Assembly: GCA_964016885.1 (NCBI GenBank) | Contig: OZ024760.1 | Span: forward strand, 17,422,001 to 17,486,000 | Direction: 5' to 3' | DNA from: Eledone cirrhosa | Lineage: Eukaryota | Length of the DNA: 64,000 bases | Part shown: positions 27,571 to 41,840 of the stretch, one piece after another | Numbering within the stretch: the first letter of the stretch is position 1 | Layout: the number at the start of each line of letters is the position of its first letter | The notes under the pieces: model-generated | Told to the model about the DNA's origin: nothing | Seen by the model: only the letters and a program-made list of their open reading frames with translations | Database searches by the model: none | Program-made: the position numbers and the translations under genes

Positions 27571-27955
27571 GTGTGTGTGTGTGTGTGCGTGTGTGTGGAA
27601 GTTGAGATAACATTTAATAAAAGTTTATAGGAAATAAAAATAAGAAAATGTGTTATTAGTTGTATGTAATATTGTATTCTAGGAAAAAAATCGATTTCAC
27701 AGAAGATTAGTAAAAAGAGTGATAAAAGATGAGTTAAGGAAGTAAAGGAGCGGGGAGTGAGAGTAAAAGTAGGGTTGTTTGGGGTGGGGTTGACTTTTTT
27801 TTTCTTCTTCTTCGCCCACTTATTAGTGAGATGTTCGTGGCGGACGGAGTCCTCAAACACTCTTTACAGCGGGTCGTCAGAAGCAGCCTTCTCAAACTGA
27901 TCCGGCTGGACCCCAAGCAAGCCCAGCTTGATATATACATATATGTATATATATG

Positions 27956-28038
<83 letters not shown>

Positions 28039-28040
<2 letters not shown>

Positions 28041-28180
28041 CAAAGGAATTGTGGTAAGGAACCAGATGGACCATAACGCATCAGAGTACTCAATACTTAG
28101 GGTAGTAGAGTGGGAAATAGGAAAAAGTATGACCCCGACGGCAGAGCTCAAGCCGTTTCGACGGGGTCATACTTTTTCCT
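28039..28180. mobile_element. Family A fold-back element, short inverted arm
   Basis: Near-identical to 26296-26420, then GACGGGGTCATACTTTTTCCTA inverted; flanked by (TA)n on both sides. Confidence 0.75.
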
Positions 28181-28317
28181 ATATATATATATATATATAT
28201 ATAACATTAAGAAAGATGCTGATGTTATTGTTATACTGAATCTTCATTGTAACTACAAACTACGAATGTAGAGAGCTTTCTCCTGCTTGCTCCTGTTATT
28301 CACCAAAACAACTTTTA

Positions 28318-28355
<38 letters not shown>

Positions 28356-29131
28356 CTTGTCTTCTTCTTCACCCATTTATTCCTGAGAGCGCCGTGGGGA
28401 AGAGTCCTCAAACATTCCTTCCAGTGGGTCCTGTCAGAAGCTACCTTCTCTAACTAGTTCCGGTGACTCATTAAAGACAAAGAATAAAAAAGGAAAAAAC
28501 CTAGTGATGATTGATTGTAGATAATGGATCAGATTAGATAGAATGAAAAAGATCGTGATGGGAAACTAATAAGTAAAAAAACAGCAACCCCAAAACAAAA
28601 CAAAACAAAAACAGTGGAGCTAGCAGAAATGAAATGATAAATAACGAATTTGAACCCAGAGTAAGTAAATACAAGAAATCAATATAAAGTGGAGCGGAAA
28701 GGAATGGAAAAAGTGGTAGATTAATAGCAAAACATAGATAGATCGATACACATGTGATCAATGCTAAAAAATAAATAAATAAACAAAATAAATAAAGCTT
28801 AAATAAAGCTTTAATAAGTAAAAGAGAGAAACAGGGAAAATAAACTTAGATATTGAATAGAAAGAAGATTTACAAAGTATTAAATGGCAGAATTTCGAAG
28901 GACGTATAATTAGTGGTTGGAGGTTTAAGATGTGAGTGGAAAAAAAATTGGGTTAAAATGGCCGAAGAAAGAAGATAGAGAAAAAAGAAATATGGTTTAA
29001 AAGTGATATTGGTAAGTTAATATTGTTTATTTAACTGGGTTAAAAGATAAAAGTAAGATAGGGAGAAAGACACAAAGATATAAGGTGTCAAAATAATCAA
29101 TCAAATTGTGTAAATAGTATATATATATACA

Positions 29132-29167
<36 letters not shown>

Positions 29168-29170
<3 letters not shown>

Positions 29171-29284
29171 AAAATAGTCAGGACCCCGACGGCTGAGATC
29201 CGGCCGTTTCCCACTCTACTACCCTAAGTATTGAGTACTCTGGTGCGTTATGGTCCACCTGGTATCTTACCACACTTTCTTTGT

Positions 29285-29285
<1 letters not shown>
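29168..29285. mobile_element. Family A element, opposite orientation, internally collapsed
   Basis: GGAAAATAGTCAGGACCCCGACGGCTGAG...CCCACTCTACTACCCTAAGTATTGAGTACTCTGGTGCGTTATGGTCCA...TTTGTTA between (TA)n tracts. Confidence 0.7.
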
Positions 29286-29316
<31 letters not shown>

Positions 29317-29547
29317 ATAGATATATAGTATATACAGTACATAGATATATAAATATATAGTACATATATAGTATATATATAGTATATATACAGCACATCT
29401 ATAGTATATATATATGTATGTGTGTGTGTATACTTACATACATACATACAAACATATATTACATACATATAGACATACATCAACATACGAAAACCCAGTT
29501 GATGTCTAAATTTCAATTAAAGATCTTTGCTTCTGGGCTAGAAACTA

Positions 29548-29561
29548 GCTCCCTCTATTGG
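29548..29561 (-). promoter_or_regulatory. CTCF-like motif
   Basis: Minus strand CCAATAGAGGGAGC. Confidence 0.25.
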
Positions 29562-29699
29562 TGAGAAAGTTGAAAAATAAAACCAAAAGAACACCCCACC
29601 ACATACACACACGTAGTCGAGGTCCAATACTAGTCGAAACTTAACGAAGTTTTTCGAACATATGAACCATGTTATGCTTCTCATATTTTTATAAATAAT

Positions 29700-29762
29700 T
29701 TCATTTTCTTTTCATTTCAGGTTTTGGAGCCCGGAAGTTACACAGAACAGATCACGTGACCA
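29700..29762 (+). promoter_or_regulatory. Strong 3' splice-site-like sequence followed by ETS and E-box motifs upstream of the DHHC gene
   Basis: TTCATTTTCTTTTCATTTCAG|G at 29720, then CCGGAAGT and TCACGTGAC; about 1.2 kb before the ATG. Confidence 0.3.
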
Positions 29763-29849
29763 CCAGGAAAGATTTGTTGTTGTTGTTGTATTTCGTCCCA
29801 TTGCAAGGGATCTGCTAGCAAAAAAGAGAAGGTGTATGTGGATATGAGA

Positions 29850-30455
29850 GAGTTAGTCACTTGATCTGCTAGAAGTAACAGCTAAATCTCCGTCAAACCC
29901 TCCTCCGTCGTCTTATAGATGAGCATGACGCATTTGTTAATGTGAGTCGTACATAGCCTTAAAAATACTGGATGGTTATGGCTGGAGCGTCTATGATCGT
30001 ACGTCTGCTAGATCAAGGTTGACTCGGGGCTAAACAGCAACAACAACGACAATCATCCTCAATAACAACAACAACAACAACAGCTACTACAACAATCTAT
30101 TGTCTTAAACAACAAAAGCAAAAGAAAGAACAGGAACGATGTATCCTACATATACAAAAGTACGGGATGGTCACGACTGGAACAGCTTTGATCATGGGTC
30201 CACTCAATGAAGGCTGACATGAGGGCTACACAACAACCGCATAGATCATAAACATGATATCCTTGACCTGTTAGAGATAGCAACCAAATCCCCTTCATAA
30301 CTCGTTCTATTTTATCTTGAACAAAAAACTTTGCTTTGCACAATGTAGACTTTGCTATATATATATATAAAGACTGGAATGTCACGGCTGGAGCGCATTG
30401 GTTCTCAGACTGCTCACTGAGGGCTGACCTGGGGTTAAACAACAACAGCAACAAC
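29850..30455 (+). mobile_element. Three degenerate copies of a retroposon 3' end with (CAA)n tails
   Basis: Repeated GGATGGT(T/C)A(T/C)G(G/A)CTGGA...GACCTGGGG(C/T)TAAACAACAAC at about 29970-30050, 30165-30240 and 30375-30455. Confidence 0.5.
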
Positions 30456-30548
30456 AAATAAAAGAGAACTTAAAACCTCAGATATATAAGCATTAAATAA
30501 CACACTACACTTCACCAACTCACACCATTATATATATATATATATATA

Positions 30549-30858
<310 letters not shown>

Positions 30859-30966
30859 ATATATATATGTACTATATCACACCACACCACACCACACTAC
30901 AAATATAACACTACCCTACGCCATAAATTATAATAAACAACAACAACAACAACATCAACACGAAAA

Positions 30967-32121
30967 ATGATGAAACGTTTCATGCAGTTTTTGTTTCGTC
31001 AGAGAAGAGTTTCTCTCAGTTTTGTGAACTATGCTGGGATGTGTTACACTATTGTACTCTCGGCTGTGGCTGTATTAGTCACTACTCTCATCTATATCCC
31101 TTATTTATACTCCCATCACACCATCACATTCAGAGCACTCACACTATGGACGTGGTTTATTTTCGGCAACCTAGCCGCCAATTACGTGCTGATGTTATTG
31201 TCGTCCCAGAAATCTGTTTACCGGGGTATTAAACTCACAAACCCCATTACGAAGTCATTATCCTCATATTCATCGTTGTCAGTGTCACAACCGACGCCAT
31301 CTTCTCTGTCATCGTCAACGCCATTGAACCGTGGTGAAGGAATTCAGGCGGCGAAAAATGGTTGTTCAAGCGCCGCTTACCACCATTCGAGCAGTGCAAC
31401 GTCACTCTCGTGGCCGGCTTCATCATCTAGCTCGATGTACGTTTCGGCATTTGGTTCGACCGGATCGTCTTTCTCGTCAACGGGGCTTCTACTTCATCCC
31501 CCGCCACCATCACAAACACAACCAGCAGCAGCTCAAACATCACCCAACTGGAAGTTCTGTTCACTGTGCGACCACTACGCACCCCCGCGTTCACGTCACT
31601 GTCCCTTTTGTCAACGGTGTATACTACGACACGACCACCACTGCCTGTTCACCGGATGTTGTATAGGACTGTACAACCAGCGTTACTTCATTGTATTCTG
31701 TGTATACGGTTGGATAGGGTCGTTCAAGGCCGCCTCTCTCACCCTCCTTTACTTGAGCTACATCCGTGGTTCATCTCTTTATACGTATTTACCGCCCAAC
31801 GCTTTTTTCAACCTTATTTTCGGTGATCTCGATCTTGGCGTGTTTTGCATTGCTCTTCTTCTCTATCTGCTCTTCACCACACACCTAGCTTGTACATACT
31901 TCATGTGTTGGCAACTGATGTTGTTGGCCAGGAAACAGACAGCCAACGAGTACGTGAAAGGGGTGGCTCCGTTACAGAAATCATTTCGTCACCATGTGAA
32001 ATCAGTTTTTGGTCCTTACTGGTTACTAAACTTCATCATTCCAATGTTCTGGACAAATCCTTCGGCCGCATGTCCGGGTTCCAGCTTGTTATTAGATGCC
32101 CCGTCTACAAAACGGATTTAA
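30967..32121 (+). CDS. DHHC palmitoyltransferase, ZDHHC22/ZDHHC24-like, 384 aa, CDS without introns
   Basis: Two N-terminal TM segments; Cys-rich domain CSLCDHYAPPRSRHCPFCQRCILRHDHHCLFTGCCIGLYNQRYF; two more TM segments; TTxE-like TANE; VFGPYWL C-terminal motif. Confidence 0.93.
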   Translation: MMKRFMQFLFRQRRVSLSFVNYAGMCYTIVLSAVAVLVTTLIYIPYLYSHHTITFRALTLWTWFIFGNLAANYVLMLLSSQKSVYRGIKLTNPITKSLSSYSSLSVSQPTPSSLSSSTPLNRGEGIQAAKNGCSSAAYHHSSSATSLSWPASSSSSMYVSAFGSTGSSFSSTGLLLHPPPPSQTQPAAAQTSPNWKFCSLCDHYAPPRSRHCPFCQRCILRHDHHCLFTGCCIGLYNQRYFIVFCVYGWIGSFKAASLTLLYLSYIRGSSLYTYLPPNAFFNLIFGDLDLGVFCIALLLYLLFTTHLACTYFMCWQLMLLARKQTANEYVKGVAPLQKSFRHHVKSVFGPYWLLNFIIPMFWTNPSAACPGSSLLLDAPSTKRI

Positions 32122-32208
32122 AAACAAACATGTAACAAAATAAAAAACAACAAGCCATTCGCCTATATGCATACATACACACATATATACATACATACAC
32201 ACACACAC

Positions 32209-32297
<89 letters not shown>

Positions 32298-32606
32298 AGA
32301 AAAATGAGAATCAGTGTTGCGACGAAAGGAATTTATTGGACATATTACAATTGTTTCTCGGGCGACCAGCTCGAGGCACGATCGATGTGGTGATCAAACC
32401 TGACTCTGAAATCGCGCGGTCCTCGGATACGTCTCGATTCTACGAAGCAGATTTTCATATATATATATATACATACGTGATGGTTACCCCCTCGTTATCG
32501 AGTATGGCCATTGCACGATATAACATCAATTAATGCTATCGTGCAATGCCTGTGCGTGAAGATTTTTTTTTTAATGAAGAAAGACTATGCACTGAGCCAA
32601 TCCCAT

Positions 32607-32649
<43 letters not shown>

Positions 32650-32699
32650 TACATACATACATACATACATACATACATACATACATACATACATACATC

Positions 32700-32955
32700 T
32701 CTCTAAGGTGGGTAAAATTCCCGAGATCCATGGACGAGTTCTCGCCAGTGGTCTCTGTCCTTCATCATCACCGCCATGTCCATGCGTCTCCCAGAGACCA
32801 GTGTCTGTCCTTAGGACATCAACATATGTCATCGTCGGTCTTCCTCTTCTAGTGTGTCCATGTAAGGACTCCCACAGGACCACTGGGTGCAGTGTCAACT
32901 CTGAATGTCGGTGAGCATGTCCAGTTAACCTCAATCTCCTCTGTGTTACTTTAGA
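32700..32955 (-). mobile_element. RTE/RTE-X-like LINE 3' fragment
   Basis: RLTGHAHRHSELTLHPVVLWESLHGHTRRGRPTMTYVDVLRTDTGL; same family as 17803. Confidence 0.75.
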
Positions 32956-32974
32956 GCTTTACACATATATATAT

Positions 32975-33033
<59 letters not shown>

Positions 33034-33034
33034 T

Positions 33035-33225
33035 CCACGGTTTTCCTCTTCTAGTGTGTCCGAGTACGAGGCTCTCACAGGACCACTGGGTGCAGTGTCA
33101 ACTCTGAATGTCGGTGAGCATGTCAAGCTAACCTCAGTCTCCCCTGTGTTACTCTCGAGCTGACTTTTGGGAGGCTCCCGTACAGCTCTGAGTTCTTCAT
33201 TCTCAGTGTATACTGATTAATGTTC
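33035..33225 (-). mobile_element. Second overlapping fragment of the same LINE
   Basis: Shares CACAGGACCACTGGGTGCAGTGTCAACTCTGAATGTCGGTGAGCATGTC with 32873-32921; translates NSELYGSLPKVSSRVTQGRLRLA. Confidence 0.7.
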
Positions 33226-33405
33226 AGAGCCATACATACATACATGTATGCATGCATGCATGCATACATACATACATACATACATACATACATACATACA
33301 TACATACATACATACATACAAACATACGTACGTACGTACGTACGTACATACATACAGTTACAATTCATAAGGTGCTTGACAAAGACACACACACATCGAT
33401 ACACC

Positions 33406-33471
<66 letters not shown>

Positions 33472-33477
33472 CACACA

Positions 33478-33524
<47 letters not shown>

Positions 33525-33764
33525 GCACACGCACACTGATATTTACACTGGAAATCAATAATGTCTTCATATTGTTATTTTACGTTGCCGCTGATTAATT
33601 TATTAATTAGTTCGATAATTAGTCATCTATTTATTTATTTATTTATTTGATCGATTAACTGATTGATCGATTCATTGGTTTTGTTGTGTTTATAATACGT
33701 TATCGATTCGGCACCCCACCCCTCTCCTCCGACTGCTATCCCCTTCTTATGTTGTGTTACTACA

Positions 33765-33800
<36 letters not shown>

Positions 33801-33850
33801 GCTACTACTACTGTTACTACTACTACTACTACTACTGTTACTACTACTAC

Positions 33851-33899
<49 letters not shown>

Positions 33900-33945
33900 G
33901 TTACTACTACTACTACTACTACTACTGCTGCTTCTGCTGCTGCTG

Positions 33946-33995
<50 letters not shown>

Positions 33996-34006
33996 GTTAC
34001 TACTGT

Positions 34007-34052
<46 letters not shown>

Positions 34053-34054
34053 GT

Positions 34055-34100
<46 letters not shown>

Positions 34101-34102
34101 GT

Positions 34103-34144
<42 letters not shown>

Positions 34145-34169
34145 CACTACTACCACCAGCACCACTAAA

Positions 34170-34380
34170 ACCGTTTGAGATAGCCAGACTTCGGGTTTCC
34201 CTGTTCCAACCGACTGAAAGATGGTTGGATAACATTCATGAGTCTGGCTGGTCACGCTTGGAGACCCAGCTGGATCAGTTGGAGACGGTTGCTTCTGACA
34301 GGACCCGCTAGAGGGAGTGTTTGAGGACTTTGCTCCCACGATCCTCTCAAGAATAAGTGGGTGGAGAAAATAAGAAGAAG
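34170..34380 (+). mobile_element. RTE-clade LINE 3' end
   Basis: PTERWLDNIHESGWSRLETQLDQLETVASDRTR*RECLRTLLPRSSQE; homologous to 16560-16670. Confidence 0.65.
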
Positions 34381-34409
34381 GGTTTCTTTATTTTCCTGTT
34401 TTCTGCCAT

Positions 34410-34925
34410 ACACAACCCTTCCCGACCATGCACACCCCTTCCCGACCTCACACAACCCTTCCCGACGATGCACACCCCTTCCTGACCTCACGCAACCCTT
34501 CCTGACCTCACGCAACCCTTCCCGACCTCACGCAATCCCTCCTGACCTCACACAACCCTTCCCGACCATGTACACCCCTTCACGGCCTCACGCAACCCTT
34601 CCTGACCTCACGCAACCCTTCCTGACCTCACGCAACCCTTCCCGACCACACACAACCCTTCCCGACCATGCACACCCCTTCCCGACCTCACGCAACCCTT
34701 CCCGACCTCACGCAACCTTTCCCGACCTCACGCAACCTTTCCCGACCTCACGCAACCCTTCCTGACCTCACGCAACCCTTCCCGACCACACACAACCCTT
34801 CCCGACCATGCACACCCCTTCCCGACCATACACACCCCCTTCCCGACCTCACGCAACCCTTCCTGACCTCACGCAACCCTTCCCGACCTCACGCAACCTT
34901 TCCCGACCTCACACAACCTTTCCCC
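34410..34925. repeat. 20-bp minisatellite, about 25 copies
   Basis: Unit CCCGACCTCACGCAACCCTT with variants. Confidence 0.9.
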
Positions 34926-35281
34926 ACCCCTCACACACGCGTATCTCTTCCTATACTGTATTCTACCCATCTACCCAGCACATCTCTCCTTGCCACCCGT
35001 TCCCTGGTATTTTGTTTTTTCTGCTATGTCCCCATCCTTCTAATACCACACCCACCAAACCTTCCATATCCCAGCAGACAATTAAAAAAACGGACAGTTT
35101 ACCCTCCTTGTACTGAAGATATGAAATGATAAAAATATATATATATAAAAGAGAGAACAAAAAAGGATTCTGTATTTAAAATAATAAAAATAAATTATTC
35201 ATAAATATGACTTTATATTATAAATTATAATTGTTGTTATTGTTGTTGTTGTTATTGTTGTTGTTATTATTATTGTTGTTA

Positions 35282-35497
35282 GGGCGGTGGATTGGCAATA
35301 TCGGTAGAGGGTCGGAGGCCATGCATTGCAGCATAGAGTTACGGCCCTTTATGATCTGAGTTGAAATCCCGCCGAGGTTAACTTTGCCTTTCATCCTTAC
35401 AGGGTCGATAAAATAAAGTACCAGTGACGCACTGGGGTCCATTTAATTGACTTTCCTCTCCCACAAAATTGCTGTTCTCGTGCCTATATAAGAAACC
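35282..35497 (+). mobile_element. Full-length tRNA-derived SINE
   Basis: GGGCGGTGGATTGGCAATATCGGTAGAG head, B-box-like GAGTTGAAATCC, body and tail AAATTGCTG...GTGCCTATA. Confidence 0.85.
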
Positions 35498-36062
35498 ATT
35501 GTTGTTGTTGTTGTTGTTATATGAGTCAGAGGACGAAGGGGAACACCCGCATTAATTTCCAGGTCCTCTCAGTCAGGTGGTAAGAAAAAAAGGTCCGGAA
35601 GTTACCCTCAGTCCGAAAAGCAGCTTGTAACATAAATGAACCCAAGACAAATATTATCTCGGCAGCTTTCCACTTGTAACTAATAAAGAAGGGCTTTATA
35701 AGCATCGACCGCAAGGTTTTGTAAGGGCAGGTCAGGGGTTTCAACTGGATCAACCAGGCAACCGTCTAAATACGGCGTTTTGGGGGCATTTTAAACCTGT
35801 CGGAGTCCATCCCTGTATAGGTCTGAACACAGCAGATTTCTTCCAGAGAAAGATAATAATTGTTTCTACTTTGGGCACAAGGCCAGCAATTTGAAGGGAA
35901 AGTCGATTAAATCGACCCCCAGTGCATTACTGGTGCTTTGTTTATCGACCCCGTAACTCTATAATTTCATACATCTTGACTCCCAGACTATATTTCTATT
36001 GTTTGCCTCTACAGATACAATAAGCACAGATCTCCTTTTTAGTGTGTGTGTGTATGTGTGTA

Positions 36063-36165
<103 letters not shown>

Positions 36166-36227
36166 TACACATATATATATATACATATATATATATACAC
36201 ACAAATATATATATATATAAATGTATA

Positions 36228-36383
<156 letters not shown>

Positions 36384-36403
36384 CATACATATATATATAT
36401 AAT

Positions 36404-36485
<82 letters not shown>

Positions 36486-36488
<3 letters not shown>

Positions 36489-36907
36489 AAATATTAAAAA
36501 AATAATGAATAAAACAATGAAACAGTTCCTTATATTAAACAAAAAAAGTTCATTATTTAACGATCGTTTCTAGGATATATATGTGTTAGAATTGGCATGC
36601 ATATTCAACAGATCTATGTACAAAATTATACAAAATTATACAAACTATCAAAATTAAATATACATACCAACACATATATAAGCCGTCTTCAGAAATAATA
36701 ATAAGACGGCTTATATATGTGTTGGTATGTATATTTAATTTTGATAGTTTGTATAATTTTGTATAATTTTATACATAGATCTGTTGAATATGCATGCCAA
36801 TTCTAACACATATATATCCTAGAAACGATCGTTAAATAATGAACTTTTTTTGTTTAAATATAAGGAACTGTTTCATTGTTTTATTCATTATTTTTTTTAT
36901 ATTTTAT
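36486..36907. repeat. Large near-perfect palindrome, arms about 204 bp, 13-nt loop
   Basis: Arms 36486-36689 and 36703-36907 are reverse complements with only a few differences. It is flanked by long (TA)n tracts and a unique tail runs to about 37040. Confidence 0.92.
36550..36701 (-). ncRNA. Complete type I hammerhead motif with about 115-nt rod-like stem II
   Basis: Minus strand: TTATTATTT-CTGAAGA-CGGCT-TATATATGTGTTGG...CTAACACATATATA-TCCTA-GAAA-CGATCG-TT-AAATAATGA. Stem I is 9 bp, stem III is palindromic, triplet GUU. Confidence 0.7.
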
Positions 36908-37038
36908 CTTGACTCTGTATTCCGTTTATCTTTCACCGAAAGTGATTTTTCATTGCATCTCTTCTTTCCATGATATCCGGATTACATTGAGTTCTTCATA
37001 CGGATTGGACACTACCGTAAACTCTTGGTAGATTTATC

Positions 37039-37149
<111 letters not shown>

Positions 37150-37216
37150 ATACATATATATATATATGTATGTATATACATATATATATATATGTATATA
37201 TATATACATACACATA

Positions 37217-37803
<587 letters not shown>

Positions 37804-37843
37804 GCAATCCCGGATTTTGGTCTTCCTATTTATTATTCTATAG

Positions 37844-37891
<48 letters not shown>

Positions 37892-38343
37892 ACCAGCTAC
37901 AACAATTAATCTCTCTGTATAAACACAAATCCATGCATTTCATACATAAAATATTTAGCTAACCTAATCTAAAGCTATTTATTTAGTAACATAAAAGGGA
38001 AGGTAATTTTATATTTCAGCTGCAACTGTATTTACCTTTAGAGTTTTAATGAGATATATGCTGAGTGCCTGGTGTAAGGATATTAACTTCTGAACATCTG
38101 GTTGGAAAAAGAAAGCAACTCAAAGAAGAACTCTACACTTCGTTTTACTTTTGATATCTTGGCTTTTCAAAGAAGCCGGGGCGACTGCACTGATTCTCCC
38201 ACCCTATCTATCTATCTATCTATCTATCTATGATGTTAACAATACATTAAAATACTACCAGGTGAGGTAGCTTGGGTGTGGCTGTTACAGCGGTTGTCGC
38301 TGGCCCTTCTCCGCTGCATTGGCTTTGCCGTCTTGTCTGTCCG

Positions 38344-38486
38344 CGAGGCTGGCTCAGCTGAAACACCGCTCAGAGGCCCGCTCAGCTGAAACACAGCTCA
38401 GAGGCTGGCTCAGTTGAAACAGCGCTCAATGGCTGGCTCAGCTGAAACACCACTCAGAGGCTGGCTCAGATGAAACACCGCTCAGA
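38344..38486. repeat. About 29-bp minisatellite, 5 copies
   Basis: GAGGCTGGCTCAGCTGAAACACCGCTCA with variants. Confidence 0.8.
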
Positions 38487-38503
38487 CTGTAGAGGGTGTA
38501 AAG

Positions 38504-38825
38504 CAGACATGAGCAACCTTTTTTGAGCAGTGGGCCACATAGGATGTGGTACAGCATAGGGCGGGGCCGCATAGGATGTGACTCATCATAAATCGGGCCA
38601 CAAAGGATGTGGCTCATCATAAAGCGGGCCACAAAGGATGTGTATCATCATTGGGTGGGTCACATAGGATGTGGTTCATCATAAGGCAGGCCACATAGGA
38701 TGTGGCTCACCATAAGACGGGCTGCATAGGGTGTGGTTCATCATAAGGCTAAAAAATTTCAAGGCAATTTTGAAATTAGGCGTGCCATTCAGAAAGCGAA
38801 ACGGGCCGCACTTTGCCCATGACTG
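38504..38825. mobile_element. hAT (Charlie/Buster-like) MITE with internal tandem subterminal repeats
   Basis: Imperfect TIRs CAGACATGAGCAA ... TTGCCCATGACTG; repeated GGGCCACATAGGATGTGG units; TSD degraded. Confidence 0.55.
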
Positions 38826-38906
38826 GGTAAACTGAAGAGTTTGCCCTTCCTCCACCCCAATTTCTTTCGTTGCTAAATTATATTTTATTTCTTTTTCTCC
38901 CCCCCC

Positions 38907-38937
<31 letters not shown>

Positions 38938-39216
38938 ACTTTTTTCTGCTTAAATATTTTTTATATTTAAATATTTTTTAATTGTAAATATTATAGATTT
39001 GGTATTTTCTAAAAAAAAAAAATTCAATAAAATTTCTTTTGGTGTTTTTATTGAAGGTGAAAAACAATCTTTTGTGGTATTTAGATTAGTTAGGGTTACG
39101 CATAATTTGTATAATCGATACGGGAATCGATAAATAAAGTATCAGTTAACAGCTATAACAATTACCTGGTAAAAAAAAAAACAACTAAAATTATATAAGT
39201 ATCAATATTTACCTCT

Positions 39217-39295
<79 letters not shown>

Positions 39296-39299
<4 letters not shown>

Positions 39300-39428
39300 A
39301 AAAGAGTCAGGACCCCGACGGCTGAGCTCTGGCCGTTTCGACAGCTAGATCTGAATTGTCGAAATGGCCGGAGCTCAGCCGTCGGGATCCTAACTCTTTT
39401 CCTATTACCCACTCTACTACCCTAAGTT
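39296..39428. mobile_element. Family A fold-back element
   Basis: TAGGAAAAGAGTCAGGACCCCGACGGCTGAGCTCTGGCCGTTTCGACA ... TGTCGAAATGGCCGGAGCTCAGCCGTCGGGATCCTAACTCTTTTCCTA, then a partial tail. Confidence 0.75.
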
Positions 39429-39429
39429 T

Positions 39430-39495
<66 letters not shown>

Positions 39496-39851
39496 CATAG
39501 ATACACACACACACACACACACATATATATTATATATAGATCTGTGTATATATATATATATATATATAAATTAACTGTGTGTGTGATTCTGTATGCCCTT
39601 CAACATATAGACAACACAACACAACACAGACTTAAAAAAATAAAAATGATTTTTACTATAATGACACGTTGTTGTTGATGTTGTTATTGATAGAGAAATA
39701 CAGTGAGAGAGAGAGAGTGTGTGTCCGTATGTGTGAAAGATGAATAGATATGTAGAGAGTGTTGTAACATGAAAAACGCTGGGAATTTTAAGTGCAAGTT
39801 TGTCAACAGGTGTGAAGGTGAAGATAAAAATGAGTGTGTGTGTGTATGCGC

Positions 39852-39909
<58 letters not shown>

Positions 39910-39919
39910 GAGTGTATGT

Positions 39920-40235
39920 CCTGAGGAAAATCCGGGCTACAACTATGATAGTATAAAAATGAATAGTAGAAACATAAACATCTCACGCAGCGTTCCTACG
40001 AAAGACAAAAAGACTTCTTACTTCTGTATATAACAATACACATTAAAAATATTCCTTGTTCTCGGTGTGATGCTGTCGAAGAAGTCTGTAAACGAGAGTT
40101 TGCCACGTGAGTCCCTTGTCATAACTGCTTAGTTTAATGATTTTTGAAGCGAAACACTTAATGTTTTAACAACCAAATATTGCCTGTGGATAACACAATG
40201 GATAGAAAAGCCATTAAGTTCCAGTTCCACATTTT
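39920..40235 (-). pseudogene. Degenerate hAT (Buster/SCAND3/ZBED8-like) transposase fragment
   Basis: FSIHCVIHRQYLVVKTLSVSLQKSL contains the hAT CxxH motif; TEVR (from HTEVRWLS) lies downstream; stops present. Confidence 0.7.
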
Positions 40236-40602
40236 TAAAACATGTTTCACCAGTAAAGTCTTTATGATAACTGTAAATTGATTGAACAACAACAATAAGG
40301 ACAACAATATTAATAATGCGTTCTTGATTAACCACAAGGGTTGACATAAAGTATAACATTAAGGACAGAACAGGACGGTACAGGGTGATACAAGGCGGTA
40401 CAGGACGTTACAGGGGGGGGGGGGGTACAGGACGGTACAGGGTAGTACAAATGGGAGTTACTGCGTGCAAAAACAAAAAAAAAAAACATAAAACAAAAAC
40501 AAAGGATGTAACAAAAAAAAATTGAAACAAAGGAAAATTCTTCAATAGGGAAGGCGTGACTTCCGAGGGTCACTCGTGGGGAAAAACCCATTAAAAAAAG
40601 CC

Positions 40603-40802
40603 NNNNNNNNNNNNNNNNNNNNNNNNNNNNNNNNNNNNNNNNNNNNNNNNNNNNNNNNNNNNNNNNNNNNNNNNNNNNNNNNNNNNNNNNNNNNNNNNNN
40701 NNNNNNNNNNNNNNNNNNNNNNNNNNNNNNNNNNNNNNNNNNNNNNNNNNNNNNNNNNNNNNNNNNNNNNNNNNNNNNNNNNNNNNNNNNNNNNNNNNNN
40801 NN
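40603..40802. other. Assembly gap (200 N)
   Basis: Run of N. Confidence 1.
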
Positions 40803-41223
40803 AATGCCATCACCATCATCAACAACAACAACAACATCAACATATACAACAACAACAACAACAACAACAATTATGACACCACCACCGCCACTATGATAAT
40901 GCCATCACCATCATCAACAACAACAACAACATCAACATATACAACAACAACAACAACAACAACAATTATGACACCACCACCACCACCACTATGATAACGC
41001 CACCACCACCATCATCATCAACAGCATCAACATATATAACTAACAACAACAACTAACACACAACCACAGTCATACACAAACCAAAATGCATACATCTGAC
41101 CCCTGGCCCGCCCCCGAGATGTATATTACCTCCTCCCCTTCCCAAGTCTGCCTAAATAGCAACAACCCCCACTCAGTCACGTGAATCCCTCGATCCCGTT
41201 TATCTACAGAATTGAATTATCCG

Positions 41224-41644
<421 letters not shown>

Positions 41645-41840
41645 ATTATGGAATACTGTTGGCTTCTTGCTACAATAATTTCTATACTTTTCATTTATAT
41701 ATATATATGTATGTATGTATATATGTATATATATCTTTATTTTTAATTTCATTTGCACCGTTTCCTCTCACCCCCTTTTTGATATATGTCTCTCCACCAC
41801 TCCCCTACACACTCTTTGAACTCTCTTCCCACACACTTTT

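Noticed and set aside
33635-34339. Poly-Val/Ser/Leu ORFs (also 20038-20427, 17167-17508, 48733-49432)
   Set aside because: (CTA)n, (TAG)n or (GGT)n repeats, some fused to LINE fragments.
34361-35129. Pro/Thr-rich repeat protein ORFs
   Set aside because: Readings of the 20-bp minisatellite that cycle through frames.
40328-40896. ORFs spanning the X run
   Set aside because: Artefacts of the 200-N gap.
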